Below are positions 14,612 through 27,592 of a stretch of DNA of 64,000 nt, piece by piece (position 1 is the stretch's first letter; every line of letters starts with the position of its first letter). Location of the stretch: positions 116,746,001-116,810,000 of the forward strand of contig NC_042999.1 in assembly GCF_006345805.1 (NCBI RefSeq). The letters run 5' to 3'. Position numbers and translations under genes: made by a program. The DNA comes from Octopus sinensis (Eukaryota). Under the pieces are notes generated by a model. The model made no database searches, was not told where the DNA came from, and saw only the letters and a program-made list of their open reading frames with translations.

Positions 14612-15653
14612 TGTGTGTGTGTGTGCACGTGTGTGGGTCAGTATACTTATAGAAATTCATACAGTTCTTCCATGGAATGGGTAGACTTGCCTGATTACCT
14701 ACACAAAAAACTTGTAATGAATTACACTTCAAAATTTTAATGTATTGGATCATTTGATTGAAAATAGTTTGACCTGTCCTTCCCTCTCATAACTTCCCAC
14801 TTTAAACACCAAATCGAAGCTGCTCTATGTTTCAGATCTTGTACTTCTTTTGACGAACCAGATAGAGTTGTCAAAAAGATAAATGCCTTCTTAAGTTCAA
14901 GAGCGGATCGTTATAGCATTGAATGAAATAAATGCTGTATGACATTTTTAGTTACAGCCCTTTACATTCTGAGTTCAATTCCCACCAAAGAAGCCTTTAC
15001 TTTACAGTCCTTGTAGTATCTATAAAGTGCTAGTTAGGTACTAGGGTCAATTTAATCGACTAGCCTGTCCTCCCACAAAATGCATTTAGATTTGTGCCTA
15101 CATAAATTATTATATTCTTTTCCTCCAAAGAAGTTTTAAATATTACAATGGCTTTCTTTAGCTGGAAGACAGGTATACATACACACTACAATCCTTACAT
15201 CCCTCAGTCACCAGTTTGTTCATTTGTGTGATATTGAGCTAACCACAACTTTTTTCTATTTTTCTATTTGAACCATTTTTAACCTTTCAAAGTATACCTG
15301 ATATTTCTGCTATATTTCTTACATATCCAGTCTACCTTGTTCAAGATATTATTTCAAAATTCTGTTGTGTCACTGCAAAATCATGATTATTGTAATGACT
15401 GATGGTTGTGAGAGGTCTTTTTTAAATACAAATACATACATAGAGAACCATGCAAAGATATTAATAGACCATGACCAGATGTAAAATGTAGGCCCCGTAA
15501 TTAGGTCCAGGCTAGTGTGAAATGTAGCTCTCATCTCATAGTACTGAACAAATATCTTAGTTGTTTGTACTACATATATATGTGTATGTATATTCAACAT
15601 ATATATATATATATATATATGTGTATGCATACATATATGTATATGCATATGTG

Positions 15654-15688
<35 letters not shown>

Positions 15689-16122
15689 ATGTATGTATAT
15701 ATGAGTGAATAGACAAACAAAAGAAAAGAGTACTTAACACATTTAGTAGGAGTTACATGTAGTATTTAAAAGAGATTCAGTAATCTGAGCCTGAAAGAGA
15801 ATGGTTTCTGTTAGAGGCCCATGAAACAAAGTCACAGGGAGCTGAATCAAACTGTTTTATATATAAATATATATACAATTTCTGTATGAGTTATAGGCAT
15901 AAATATATATATAACTGTATATGTATAGTGTTTATGATGCATCTACAAGTAACAGAACAGAATAAAAGAACTAGCATAGTTTATAAAAAGAGGAAATTCT
16001 TTACCAAAGGATCCTCCCTTACTTAGTGGGAGAAGGTTCTTTCAAAATCATAGGCCCATAACAACTGGCTCATCTGGAAAAGCTCTAAGCAAAGACCTGG
16101 ATTATGTATGTATGTGTCTATA

Positions 16123-16154
<32 letters not shown>

Positions 16155-17045
16155 CCAGTTAGTGGATAGTGAAAATAGAATGTGACAGAAATAGATAAGA
16201 GTATCCAGGCAAGATTTTAACTGACACTAACTTCATTCTCTTTCTCTATCACCATTTAGCAATTCTCAACTGAACAGTATTCAAAACATGTTGAAATGAC
16301 TTCTTGTAAAATCAAATTCTAATCTACCCACCCCTAACCCCTTTTATTCCATCTTGAAATTTCCATATCTATTTATTTTATTTATTTATTTATTAACAAC
16401 AAAAACAACAACAAATGCCTTCCAACTGTTCTTGTTATCAAATTTACTGGTTATAAAATCCAGATAATTTTATATTCTCTTACACCCATTTTTTCTATAT
16501 CCCTCTTTTAGAATAACACTACAAGCCAATATTTATAAAGAAATGGAAAAAAAATCAAAATCAAACTGAATTTATAAGGTTCCTTTTAATTTTTTGTTTT
16601 AAATTCACATACACACAAAAGCTCTCTTCTTCCTATCTGAAGATCTATTGGGCATATTTTGGCATCAGGTTATCATGTGACAGTTTCATTTAGTTGCAGA
16701 AAAATCTCTTTACTACAGTTACTATTAATGTTAATATTATTGTTTATGATGACAACAACAACAAATTTACAAAGATATTTGTATTTATATATATAATTTT
16801 CTTTTTGTTTTTACATTCATATTTTGCATAAGACAGTACTACTACCTAGTGGGATTTATTTTAAAATTCAAGACATGTAAATAAAACCAGTCTATCATGT
16901 TTGTCGAATCATAGATTTTCTTCCATATAAATAATACTATATATACATATATATATATGTATATGTATATTATGAAACCAGAATGATGAATTAAAACACT
17001 GCAACATGGCAAACTATACAGAAATGTAAATAAAAAGTCTATAAA
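8956..17045 (+). other. Probable long 3' UTR of YAP (end point inferred)
   Basis: AU-rich with U and A runs and few recognisable TE copies, terminated by two TGTAAATAAA motifs. Earlier AATAAA sites exist, so the true end is uncertain. Confidence 0.45.
16876..17034 (+). promoter_or_regulatory. Tandem candidate polyadenylation signals
   Basis: TGTAAATAAA at 16876-16885 and 17025-17034 (UGUA plus AAUAAA), followed by a TG/T-rich downstream stretch. Confidence 0.5.
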
Positions 17046-17676
17046 CCAACATTAGATATTGATTGTATTTTCTAGAGATGATTTGTTCTTGTGGAGTATT
17101 TTCCTTTCATCTTGGAAGTCTTGCTGACACTGTGTTTCAGCTGGTGTCCTCTCCAGCTATCTTCAGGTTTTATTTATTCCCCTGCCTATCTCAATACAAC
17201 TTGAAGATATTTGGAAAGATTACTGATTGAAACACATCACCAAAACATCCAGAATGTAGGAAAATAGTTTAGAAAAACAAACATCGCCATATATTCTCTC
17301 TCGTTTTCTCTTCTTTCTCATTTTTTCCTGTGTCTCTTCTCTCTTTCTCTCCCTGTCACATTCTCATTTTTTCTATTATGTTTATGTATTTTACAGTTGT
17401 TTTGTTTACCTCCAGCTTTGACCTGACTGAGCAGACCTATGACGAAAAACAATTCCCTCTTTTTGTTTGTTCATGACTACATTGTTCAGTGTACCCTATC
17501 CATTATAAAATGTTAGGGTATAATTTGTATGAATTTTGTTTAGCTGCTACTTCCAGAAAGTTAAGTGACAGCATTTTGTTGTCCACTGTATCCAAACGAT
17601 AGTGAACCTTGCCAAATTGTTAAGTAAGCTATCTTGCTGTAGGTATTTTTGTTTTTAATATATAAGGCTGGTTTGA

Positions 17677-17888
17677 GGCAGCAAGCTGGCAGAATCATTA
17701 GCATGCCAGGCAAAATGCTTAGTGGCATTTCATCTGTCTTTACATTTTGAGTTCAAATTCCAAAGAGGTCAACTTTGCCTTTCATCCATTTGATGATTGA
17801 CAAAAATGTTCCAGTTGAACACTGGGATCAATTTAATTGATTTATCCCCTCCCTTAAAATGGCTGACCATGTGCCAAAATTTGAAACC
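17677..17888 (+). mobile_element. tRNA-derived SINE with Deu/Nin-like core (CpG-decayed copy)
   Basis: GGCAGAATCATTAGCA...GAGTTCAAATTCC...GCCTTTCATCC. Homologous to the copies at 30835 and 45967. Confidence 0.75.
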
Positions 17889-18108
17889 AATATATAATGG
17901 GTTGACTGAAGTGTTCTGAGTTCATATCCCACCAATTCTGACATTGTCATCATCCACCTGAAGTTGGTGAAAATTAAGGACTGGCCTTGTTTTAATTGAC
18001 TATATTTTGCCCACATCCCAATTTTGTGACCTTATTCAGTTTTAGAAATCAATATTTACCTATCAAGGATGGGGGATAAGCAGAATTGTTAAGATGCTGG
18101 ACAAAATA

Positions 18109-19325
18109 CATCATCATCATCATTTAACATCTGTTGTCCATGCCAGCATGGGCTGGACAGTTTGACCAGAGCTGGCAAGCTGGAAGGCTGCACCAGACTC
18201 CAGTTTATTTTTGCATGGTTTCTATGGTTGGATGCCCTTCCTAATGCCAACCACTCTGAGAGTGTAATGGGTGCTTTTACGTGCCACTAGCACAGGTGCC
18301 ATTTGTGTGACACCAGTATCTGCTACAACTGCAGTTTTACTTGGCCTGATGGGTCTTCTTCTCAAGCACAATATAATGCCATGCCTCTATGAGGCCCACC
18401 ATTCAAAAGGAGCTCAAACACTTTGCCTCCGTGAGGTTCACTGCTCAAAAAGTGCTTTTTATGTACCACCTGCATGGATGCCGGTTATGTGACACCAGCA
18501 TCAGCCATTACTGTGATTTCACTTGGCTTGATCGGTCTTCTCAAGCACAACATATTGCCAAAGGTCTTGGTCACTTGTCATTGCCTCTGTGAGGTCCAGA
18601 GTTCAGAGATCATGCTTCACTACCTCATCCCACATCTTCCTGGGTCTACCTCTACCACAGGTTCCCTCCACAGTTAGGGATCAGCATTTCTTTTCAGAGC
18701 TGTCCTTGTCTGTACACATCACGTGACCATACCAGAGCATTCATCTCTCATGCACACCACATTTGATGCCTCTTATGCCTAACTTTTCTCTCAGGATGCT
18801 TACACTCTGTCGAACATGCACACTGACATTGCACATCCAGCAAAGCATACTAGCTTCATTTCTTTCAAGCCTACATATGTCCTCAGCTGTCACAGCCTAT
18901 GTTTCACTGCCATGTAGCATAGCTGTTCACACACAGGTATTATACAATCTATCTTCCACTCTGAGAGAGGGGCTCTTTGTTGCCAGCAGAGGCAGTAGCT
19001 CTCTAAACTTGGTCCAGCCCAATCTTATTCTGACAGCTATGCTCTCAGAGCATCCACCTCTGCTACTAACATTATCACCTAGGTAATGGAAGCTATCTAC
19101 TACCTCTAGCTTGCCCCCATGGCAGTTGGTAGATTCTATTTTCTGTACATTTTGGTTTTTGCTAGGTTATATCTAAGGCCCTTCAATTCTAGACCTTGCT
19201 TCCATGCCTGGAGCTTCTTCTCTAGTTCTGGTAGTGATTCATCTATAAGAACATGGTCATCAGCATAGAGGAGCTGCCAGGGGCTGACTGACTTAAAGTC
19301 CTCTGTTATTGTCTGGAGTATTCCT
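18109..19325 (-). mobile_element. 5'-truncated RTE-clade LINE (RT C-terminal part, 3' UTR and (GAT)n tail)
   Basis: The reverse strand encodes PWQLLYADDHVLIDESLPELEKKLQAWKQGLELKG and LWYGHVM...GTCGRGRPRKMWDEVVKHDL, with stops. Confidence 0.85.
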
Positions 19326-20134
19326 ACTTGTACCCTGAATTCTTTGTGAACCCTTACTTGTACCCTGGTTCCTGTTGGACAAAATACCTTGCATTACTTG
19401 TACCCTGAATTATGTTGGACAAAATACCTTGCATTATTTTTTCTAGCTCTGTACATTCTGAGTTTGAATCCTTCAGAAGTCAGCTTTGCATTTCATTCCT
19501 CTGGGTGTGCGGAGGGTCAACAAAATAAAGTACCAGTCAATTACTGAAGTTGATGGTATCTGCTAACCAATCTCACATCTCAATGAAATTTCCAACAAAG
19601 TTAAAAGGCCACTAATTTTGTGAAAAGAGGAGGACAAAGACACACACACACACACAAAAAGTGTCTTTTACTTTCTGTCTACTAAATGCACTTGCAAGGC
19701 TTTGGTCGACCCAAGGCTATATACTCTAAAAAACTTGTTGAAGCAGATATCCTACAGCTGGATGCCCTTCCTGCACCAACCCTCTCCAGTTTCCAAGTAA
19801 GGTAATTCTCTCTCATGGAAATGAAGGATAGCTCTTGCATGACAGTGACACACAACTGTAAAGCACTGTCAAGGCAAAGACACAGTAACTCACACACATA
19901 CACACACTTCTACATATGTACACATACATACATTTACAAGCTTCTCCCAGTTTCTGTCAACCAAATCCACTCACAAGGCTTTGGCTGGCGTGGGAATATG
20001 GTAGAAGACCACTGTAAACACTAATCCAAGATGCATGCAGTGTGACTGAAACCAAAACCATGTGGTTGGGAAGCAAACTCGTTACTGCAGTGCTATGCTT
20101 GCACCTATTATATGTATATAAATATAAATATATG

Positions 20135-20166
<32 letters not shown>

Positions 20167-20335
20167 TACAGCCAGTTTCTTTCAGTTTTCCATTTACCAA
20201 ATCCACCAAGAAAGCTTTGATTGGCCTGGCTTTATTGCTTCAGGTGCCATGCAGCTGGACTGAAAACTCCAAAACACATGACTGGTAAGCAAACTTCTTA
20301 ATTCACAACCATGTCAGTATTTTGTTTATTTAAAT

Positions 20336-20645
20336 CAGGGGTTCTCAACAATTTTTTTTTATCTATGGACCTCTTTGATTATTATTCTATTTTGGTCGAC
20401 CCCCATAGCCATTCAATGTTTAAAAACTTGTTTTATAGAAATGTCTTTCAAAATTCCTATTTTGCATTTCACACATTAACTTGTGTAGGTAAAATGTTAG
20501 GGAAAGAAACTTGACTATTTCTTGCAATATACACCAAAAGCAAAATTTTTTCAGGGCCCTTAAAATACTATTGCGGATCCCCAATTTAGTATTTTGTTGC
20601 ATGGAGCCCCAAAAATCTTAAATGGACTCTAGTTGAGAACCACTG
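20336..20645. mobile_element. hAT-type MITE
   Basis: TIRs CAGGGGTTCTCAAC / GTTGAGAACCACTG. 8-bp TSD ATTTAAAT / TTTTAAAT. Confidence 0.8.
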
Positions 20646-20700
20646 TTTTAAATCCTTCCAATAGAGTTTGTAGCAAGGAAATAACTCTAAAACTGAATAT

Positions 20701-20927
20701 TTAACCATTTAGCATTGAAAATGGCTATATACAGCCTAAATATTTTACCTGTTTTATGTTCAAACCAACCAGATCTGGCCTCTTACACCTACCTTACAAT
20801 GTCATTCTACAAGTATACTGTCACATCATTGAAATCTCAAAGCTACAAAATAATACATGATTAATTCAAAACAATGTGGGTAAATAAGTATTATATTTGA
20901 CTGAGTATCTGAATGCTAAAAGGTTAA
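20701..20927. mobile_element. piggyBac-type MITE
   Basis: TTAACCATTTAGCATT ... AATGCTAAAAGGTTAA: TTAA flanks plus TIR. Confidence 0.75.
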
Positions 20928-21908
20928 TCACCCATAGATTTCCTATGAGTATATACAAGTAGTTGAACAACTTCATGGTTAGTGTTGTTGATGTTGGTGT
21001 TCTTGCTGAGATCCTCCCTCAGTCAGCTCTGATTTAATTCATAATTAAAGATGTTCTAGTCATGTCCATCCCATTTTGTTTTTATATATTCAGGACTATA
21101 TTATATATGTGTGTGTGTGTGTATATACATATATATATATATATATGTATGTATGTATATACAAGAGTTTTTTCAGTTTATTGTACTTTGATACGAAAAA
21201 GATCCACAACCTTCTGTCTCCGTAAACCACTATTGTCCCTGAAAGTTGAAGCCTTCTTCCTACGCCTCAATCCTTGGATCTTGTATTTATATATATAGTA
21301 AGAAAAGGGGAGGAAGAGAATTTTGATTATCCCCACGGGGTGAATTTTAATACAAATAATATACATATATAATGAAAGAAGGAAAATGCATACAGTTTAT
21401 GTAGATTTAATATATTTTATAAGTGAAAGAGTATCGTGTTTGTTGACCAGTTTTGCTTTTGCTAATCATGACATTATTGTAATTATTGTAATTTCATATT
21501 TTCTTAAGAAGATTTTAGTCCATGTTCTTGTAAGGAAGTTTGTGAATGAATCAACAAGTAGGAAAATCTAAGGGGAGGGAATTGGTCATTAGTATTCAAG
21601 ACGGGGAGGTAATTGCTAATTTTTGTGGGGTGGGGATATATAAGTATACAAAACTCAAAAACTAAAGTAGTGAGATGAAATATGTACAGTGATGGGTTTG
21701 TGATCATGAATTAAAATATATACTGAGATCAAAGTTGGTTATGCATTCATATTTAAGTGTGTTCTGTATTTTTCAATAAATAAATTTTCTTGGATATTAC
21801 CTGCACTTCTCTCTATGTGTTCACTCAAATGAATCTGTCTGTACTAAGAGCCATACTTGTCTGTTCTATATAGTTATATCTACAACTTGAACAAGTTATA
21901 ACATAAAT

Positions 21909-22610
21909 TAGATTCTCGTAAGCACAAGTGAAATTGGTTTTAATTGTTTAAATAGGAATTCTGAGCCTTCCAGTCGGTTGGGGCATATTCCACAGTTTGG
22001 GTGTCCACATTTTTTAACCATTGGTCTCATAGTTGCTGTGTAAAGCTTCATGTTTGTCAGAAGTCTTTTCAGTGATTTGTGTTGCTTTTTGCATCTGATG
22101 AATTTATGTGTTTTCAGAATGTTGTTCATTTTTGGATCCCTAGTGAGCACAGGTAGATTTTGTACAATAGTGTTGTATGCCTCATTGTTTCTAGGGTTGT
22201 GAGTTGATATATACAGTAGTATTTTGTAATGAGGTTTGGTGTTACATGTTCCCTTTAGTGTTTGAATGCCTAATTTCTTGGCATGCTTAATTCCATCATC
22301 TAAAAGTGAGGGCAGATTGTCTCTCAGTTAGTGTTGTTCTGAGGTCTTGAAGATGGATGTCCTGAGTGTTTCCATCACAAACTATTTTGCAAATCCTTTG
22401 CACTAAATTAAAGGGAATATTTCTTTTAATGTGTTTTAGGTGGCATGAGCTAAACAGAAGATATTGCTTTGAGTCCATTGGTTTATGACAAATGTTAGTT
22501 ACAATTTGGTTGTTGACATTTATTATTATAATATCTAAGAAAGGGAGCTGTTCTTTGTTATATTTCATTGCAAATTGTATGTAAGGTTTTAAATTATTCA
22601 AATTCCAAAA
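21909..22610 (-). mobile_element. Penelope-like element fragment (RT C-terminus to GIY-YIG linker), disrupted
   Basis: LPFLDIIII...HKPMDSKQYLLFSSCHLKHIKRNIPFNLVQRICKIV and KCGHPNCGICP, typical of PLE RT and the CxxxxCxxC linker. Confidence 0.85.
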
Positions 22611-22849
22611 ATTCCTTTGAGTGAACTCAAAGGAATCTGTCAGTGCTTTGGAAAACAGATCTGTTCCCTATGTAGTGTGGTTCTCTGTCTAAGTGCCATA
22701 CTCGTCTGACCTATATAGTTATGTTTACAACCTGAACAAGTTATAACATAAATCATATATATGTGTGTGTGTTAAATATAAAATATATATACATATATAA
22801 CTTGTTTCAGTTATTCGACTGTGATCATGCTGGGGCATTGCTTTTTAGA

Positions 22850-22880
<31 letters not shown>

Positions 22881-23186
22881 GATTCATCCAGCTAAGTGAA
22901 ACTGTAGTCATGGCCACTGCCAGTGTCATGTAAATGGCACCTGTGAAGTACTAGTTGTGGCTGTTACCGATGTCATGCAAATGGCCCCCATTCCAGTGGT
23001 ACGTGAAAAGCATCCATTACACTCTCGGAGTGGTTAGCATTAGGAAACGCATCCAGCTATAGAAACCATGGAAAGCAGACATTGAATAATGAGGATGATG
23101 ATCTATCTATCTGTTTATCTATCTATCTATCTACCTACCTACCTATCTATCTATCTATCTATCTGTCTGTCTGCCTGTCTGTCTGA

Positions 23187-23221
<35 letters not shown>

Positions 23222-23277
23222 CCTACCTACCTACCTACCTACCTACCTACCTACCTATCTATCTATCTATCTATCTA

Positions 23278-23353
<76 letters not shown>

Positions 23354-23483
23354 CATATACCGGAGTAAACACATAAATGTGAAACAAGGTGGAAAAAGGA
23401 GTACTCAAATACCAGGGGTAGAGTAATGTGAAACTCCGAATAACAGGTTTTGTTGAATTTCTGCTGCTTTTAAATATAGTATC

Positions 23484-24249
23484 ATCATCATCATCATCAT
23501 CATTTAACGTCCGCTTTCCATGCTAGCATGGGTTGGACGGTTCAACTGGGGTCTGGGGAGCCCGAAAGCTGCACCAGTCCAGTCAGATCTGGCAGTGTTT
23601 CTACAGCTGGATGCCCTTCCTAACGCCAACCACTCCGAGAGTGTAGTGGGTGATTTTATGTGCCACCGACACAGGTGCCAGACGAGGCTGGCAAACGGCC
23701 ACGCTCGGATGGGTTTTTTATGTGCCAACCGACACAGGTGCCAGACGAGGCTGGCAGACGGCCACGCTCGGATGGTGTTTTTATGTGCCACCGACACAGG
23801 TGCCAGATGAGGCTGGCAAATGGCCACGATCGGATGGTGCTTGTTACGTGCCCACAGCACGGAGGCCAGTCGATGCGGTACTGGCTACGGCCATGTTCGG
23901 ATGGTTTTATTGTGTGCCACGTGCCACCGGCACTGGTACCACAAAGATACAAATTCCATTGATGTTCATCTATTTTGATTTGTTTTGATTTGATTTTCAC
24001 TTGCCTCAACAGGTCTTCACAAGTGTCACAAGAAGGAAGGTATGCACAGGTGGACTGACTACGTCCCAGGTAGGGGCCATGGGTTATGGCCTGACTAGTC
24101 TTGCCGGGTCTTCGGATGGTGTTTTTATGTGCCACCGACACAGGTGCTAGATGAGGCTGGCGAACGGCCACGATCGGATGGTGTTTGTCATGTGCCCACC
24201 GCACTGACTACAGCACTGATGGATTTCTTGTGTGCCACAGGCACTGGTA

Positions 24250-24252
<3 letters not shown>
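23484..24252 (-). mobile_element. SINE/RTE-tail composite, near-identical inverted copy of 686-1452
   Basis: The reverse complement aligns by eye with 686-1452 with only scattered differences. The ORF track gives nearly the same translations for both. Confidence 0.85.
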
Positions 24253-24321
<69 letters not shown>

Positions 24322-25273
24322 TATGAGCTTCTTTCAGTTTCCATCTGCGAAATCCAATCACAAGGCTTTGGCTAACCTAGGAAACACTTCCCCAAAGTGC
24401 CATGCAGTGAAATTGAACTAAAGGCAATAATGTTGTGAAGTAAACTCTTTAACCACACAGCCATGCCACCACCTTATCTCACAATTTTATCTTATTTTAT
24501 TTTTCTTTTGGCTTGTACCTCAAAGGTATTTTTGCCTGCTGCCTTAACGTCTCTTCCACTTAGCCATTTTAAAAATGATTTAGCACTTAGACACTTGGCC
24601 AGAAGCTTATAAGAGAATGGCATGCCAATTGTATCAACTATGGCTCATTGTATCAAGTTTGGAGTAATGACAGGGCAAGCTGATTCTGGCAGGGCTTGCT
24701 GTCTGTTCCCCCAGAGTTGATAAACTGTATGCCATGATTCTCAAACTGACAAATCCCAGTTCACACCCTTGCCCACCATAAATATTTGAGAACCTCCTCA
24801 CACACACACACACACACGCATGCACTTTTTGATGAGAAGACAAAACAAAGTTTGTATCTGTATCTTCTGTCTATGACCACAGTGCAAATTTAAAAAGTTC
24901 AAAAACCACATTAATTTTATTAAATCTGGCAATTTATCCATCTCTTTTTTTCAACCCTCATTGAGCCATCCCCTCTGAGAAAACACTGTGTCAAAGGGTT
25001 GGTCTCAATTCAGTCTCTTGTAGCCATTTCCATGAAAATGACCTTTTGCCAATGAGAAAAAAAAAAAGAAAAGGTAAAGTAGAATTTTTTATTCTTTCAT
25101 TAACATAGGAACAAGTGTGGCTGTGTGGTAAGATGCTTGCTTCCCGACTTCAGGTTCAGTCCTACTCTGTGGCATCTTGAGCAATTGTTTTTTGCTAAGG
25201 CCTCAGACTGACCAAAGCCTTGTGAGTGGATCTGATTGATGAAAACTGAAAGAAGCTCATCATATATCATCAG

Positions 25274-25306
<33 letters not shown>

Positions 25307-25778
25307 TTAACGTCCGTTTTCCATGCTGGCATGGGTTGGACGGTTCAACTGGGATCTGGGAAGCTAAGAGGCTGCACCAGGCTCCAGTCTGATCTGGCAG
25401 TGTTTCTACAGCTGGATGCCCCCCTTCCTAACGCCAACCACTCTGTGAGTATAGTGGGTGCTTTTATGTGCCACCAGCACAGGAGCCAGAGGAGGCTGGC
25501 AGTGGCCACGGTCGGTTGGTGCTTTTTACATGCCACCAGCATGGATGCCAATCCAGACAGCTGGCATCAGCCATGTTCGGATGGTGCTTTTTACGTGCCA
25601 CTGACACGGGTATCACAACTACAATTTACATTTGATTTTTATTTTGATGTTGATGTACTTGACTCAATAGATCTCCTCAAGCGCAGCCAGTCACCCCATG
25701 ATCCAAGGTAAGCACAGCAGGCCGTCCTGTGATCCAAGGTACTTTGAATGGGCTGGGGCTGGTTGTGTGAAGCTGGTG

Positions 25779-25812
<34 letters not shown>

Positions 25813-26225
25813 TTCAACTTACGTTGAAAGTTAACAAAATTTACTTTAGAAGCATTGAGATGTATTGAAAGATACAGATAAGGAAATAATTTTATTCTCA
25901 AACACAAATAGATAGATAGATAGATAGATTGATTGATTGATTGATTGATAGACAGACAGATAGATAGATAGATAGATAGATAGATGGATGGGTAGATAGG
26001 TAGATGGATGGATGGATGGACAGATAGACAGAGAGATTGATGGGTGGATGAATGGATGGATGGATGGATAGATAGATAGATAGATAGACTCATAGCAAAA
26101 TTCATTTAGGCTCAATCAGTGGGACACTAAAATGTTCTTTGGGCAACATCACAGTAACAGGCCAAGAGGATACCCAAAGTAAACTTTTACTCTCTCCTAC
26201 CACATATATGTATATATATATATAT

Positions 26226-26429
26226 TCAAAATGTGACCGCGTGTGTACTGTTGGCGATTTTTTTTCCTCTGTCTTCCCTTCTCTGGATCTTTCCTTCTCC
26301 TATGTTTCCGACGAAGAGCTCCGCTCGAAACGTTAAACTCTCCTTCTTTCCTGAGCGTCCAATAATACTATATTTGTTCCACGTCCTTGCGTTGTTGTGT
26401 TTTTTTGTGCTTTCATGTTTAGATTAACT
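26226..26429 (+). mobile_element. About 200-bp non-coding element with minimal hammerhead motif (copy 1)
   Basis: GTTT-CCGACGA-AGAGCTCCGCTC-GAAAC-GTT-AAAC at 26304-26338; flanked by (TA)n. Confidence 0.75.
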
Positions 26430-26460
26430 ATATATATGTATGTATGTATGTATGTAAGTA

Positions 26461-26595
26461 TGTAGCTGTGTGGTGAGAAGCTTGCATCCCAACCACATGG
26501 TTCTGGTTCAGTCATATTGCATGCCATCTTGGGCAAGTGTCTTATGCTAAAGCCTAGTGAGTGGATCTGCAAGATGAAAACTGAAAGAACCCATC

Positions 26596-26643
<48 letters not shown>

Positions 26644-26841
26644 CGTGCGCATCTGTGTTGTCCTCCACCATTACTTGACAACCAATGTTAGTGTATTTAT
26701 GTACCTGTAATTTAGCAGTTGAGAAAAAGGGAGCAATAGAATAAGTCCTAAGCTTACAAAGAATAGGTCCTTGGGTTGATTTGTTTGACTAAAGTGGGTG
26801 CTCCAGAATGGCTGCAGTATAATGACTGAAGCAAATAAAAG
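26461..26841 (+). mobile_element. Bipartite tRNA-headed SINE with central microsatellite
   Basis: Head GTAGCTGTGTGGTGAGAAGCTTG..., GAAAACTGAAAGAA, (GT)n, then the CTTGACAACC...GACTGAAGCAAATAAAAG tail. Other copies at about 29470-29810 (-), 60213-60634 (-), 36233-36395 and 43570-43810. Confidence 0.75.
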
Positions 26842-27021
26842 AATATATATATATATGAATTTGAGGTAAAACATTTTACCTTCGCCCATATAATACAATA
26901 AATGAAATAATTGCATTGCAATTCTTAGCATTTATGTATTAGCCTTCTGGGCACTTTACTGGCAGTATATTGGATAAATGATATCCCATAGTGGGTTACA
27001 CTCATAACCCCTATCTCATTT

Positions 27022-27058
<37 letters not shown>

Positions 27059-27543
27059 AAGATTAATCAGCCAAAATTGCAAGGATGATCCCATTTTTGA
27101 CTGAGGATAGAAAGCTTGAATGACCAATCCTTGTGGTTTTTTGTATCGTCTGTCTGAATGTTTTGTTATCCCTTTTTGTATCACCTTGTTGTCCGGATGT
27201 TTTGCGTTCTTGTCCCATTTTGTATTTTGAACCGTCCAACCCATGCTAGCATGGAAAACGGACGCTAAACGATGATGATGATGATGATGATATATATATA
27301 TATATATATTATATATATCTATATATATATAATATATATATATATATATGGGATTTATATGTCTAGCCAAAACAAAAACCCTTGTAGCTGTTAACTCTGC
27401 TCAGTACATCTATCTTTTACACAATCATCTGTCAAATATCAAAATATTTTTGGGATCTCTGCTCCATTTCTTTCCCTTCTTTTTTGTGTGTCTGTATGCA
27501 GCACGTATGACTGGGATGTGTGTGTATGTGTGTGCGTGCGCTC

Positions 27544-27592
<49 letters not shown>

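Noticed and set aside
14780-14925. Open frames on both strands (SCTSFDEPDRVVKKINAFLSSRADRYSIE; SALELKKAFIFLTTLSG...)
   Set aside because: They run into a degenerate SINE head, lack a convincing splice-site pair, and match nothing I recognise.
24500-24640. Minus-strand frame DTIGMPFSYKLLAKCLSAKSFLKWLSGRDVKAAGKNTFE as a possible exon
   Set aside because: Weak splice sites and no recognisable homolog.
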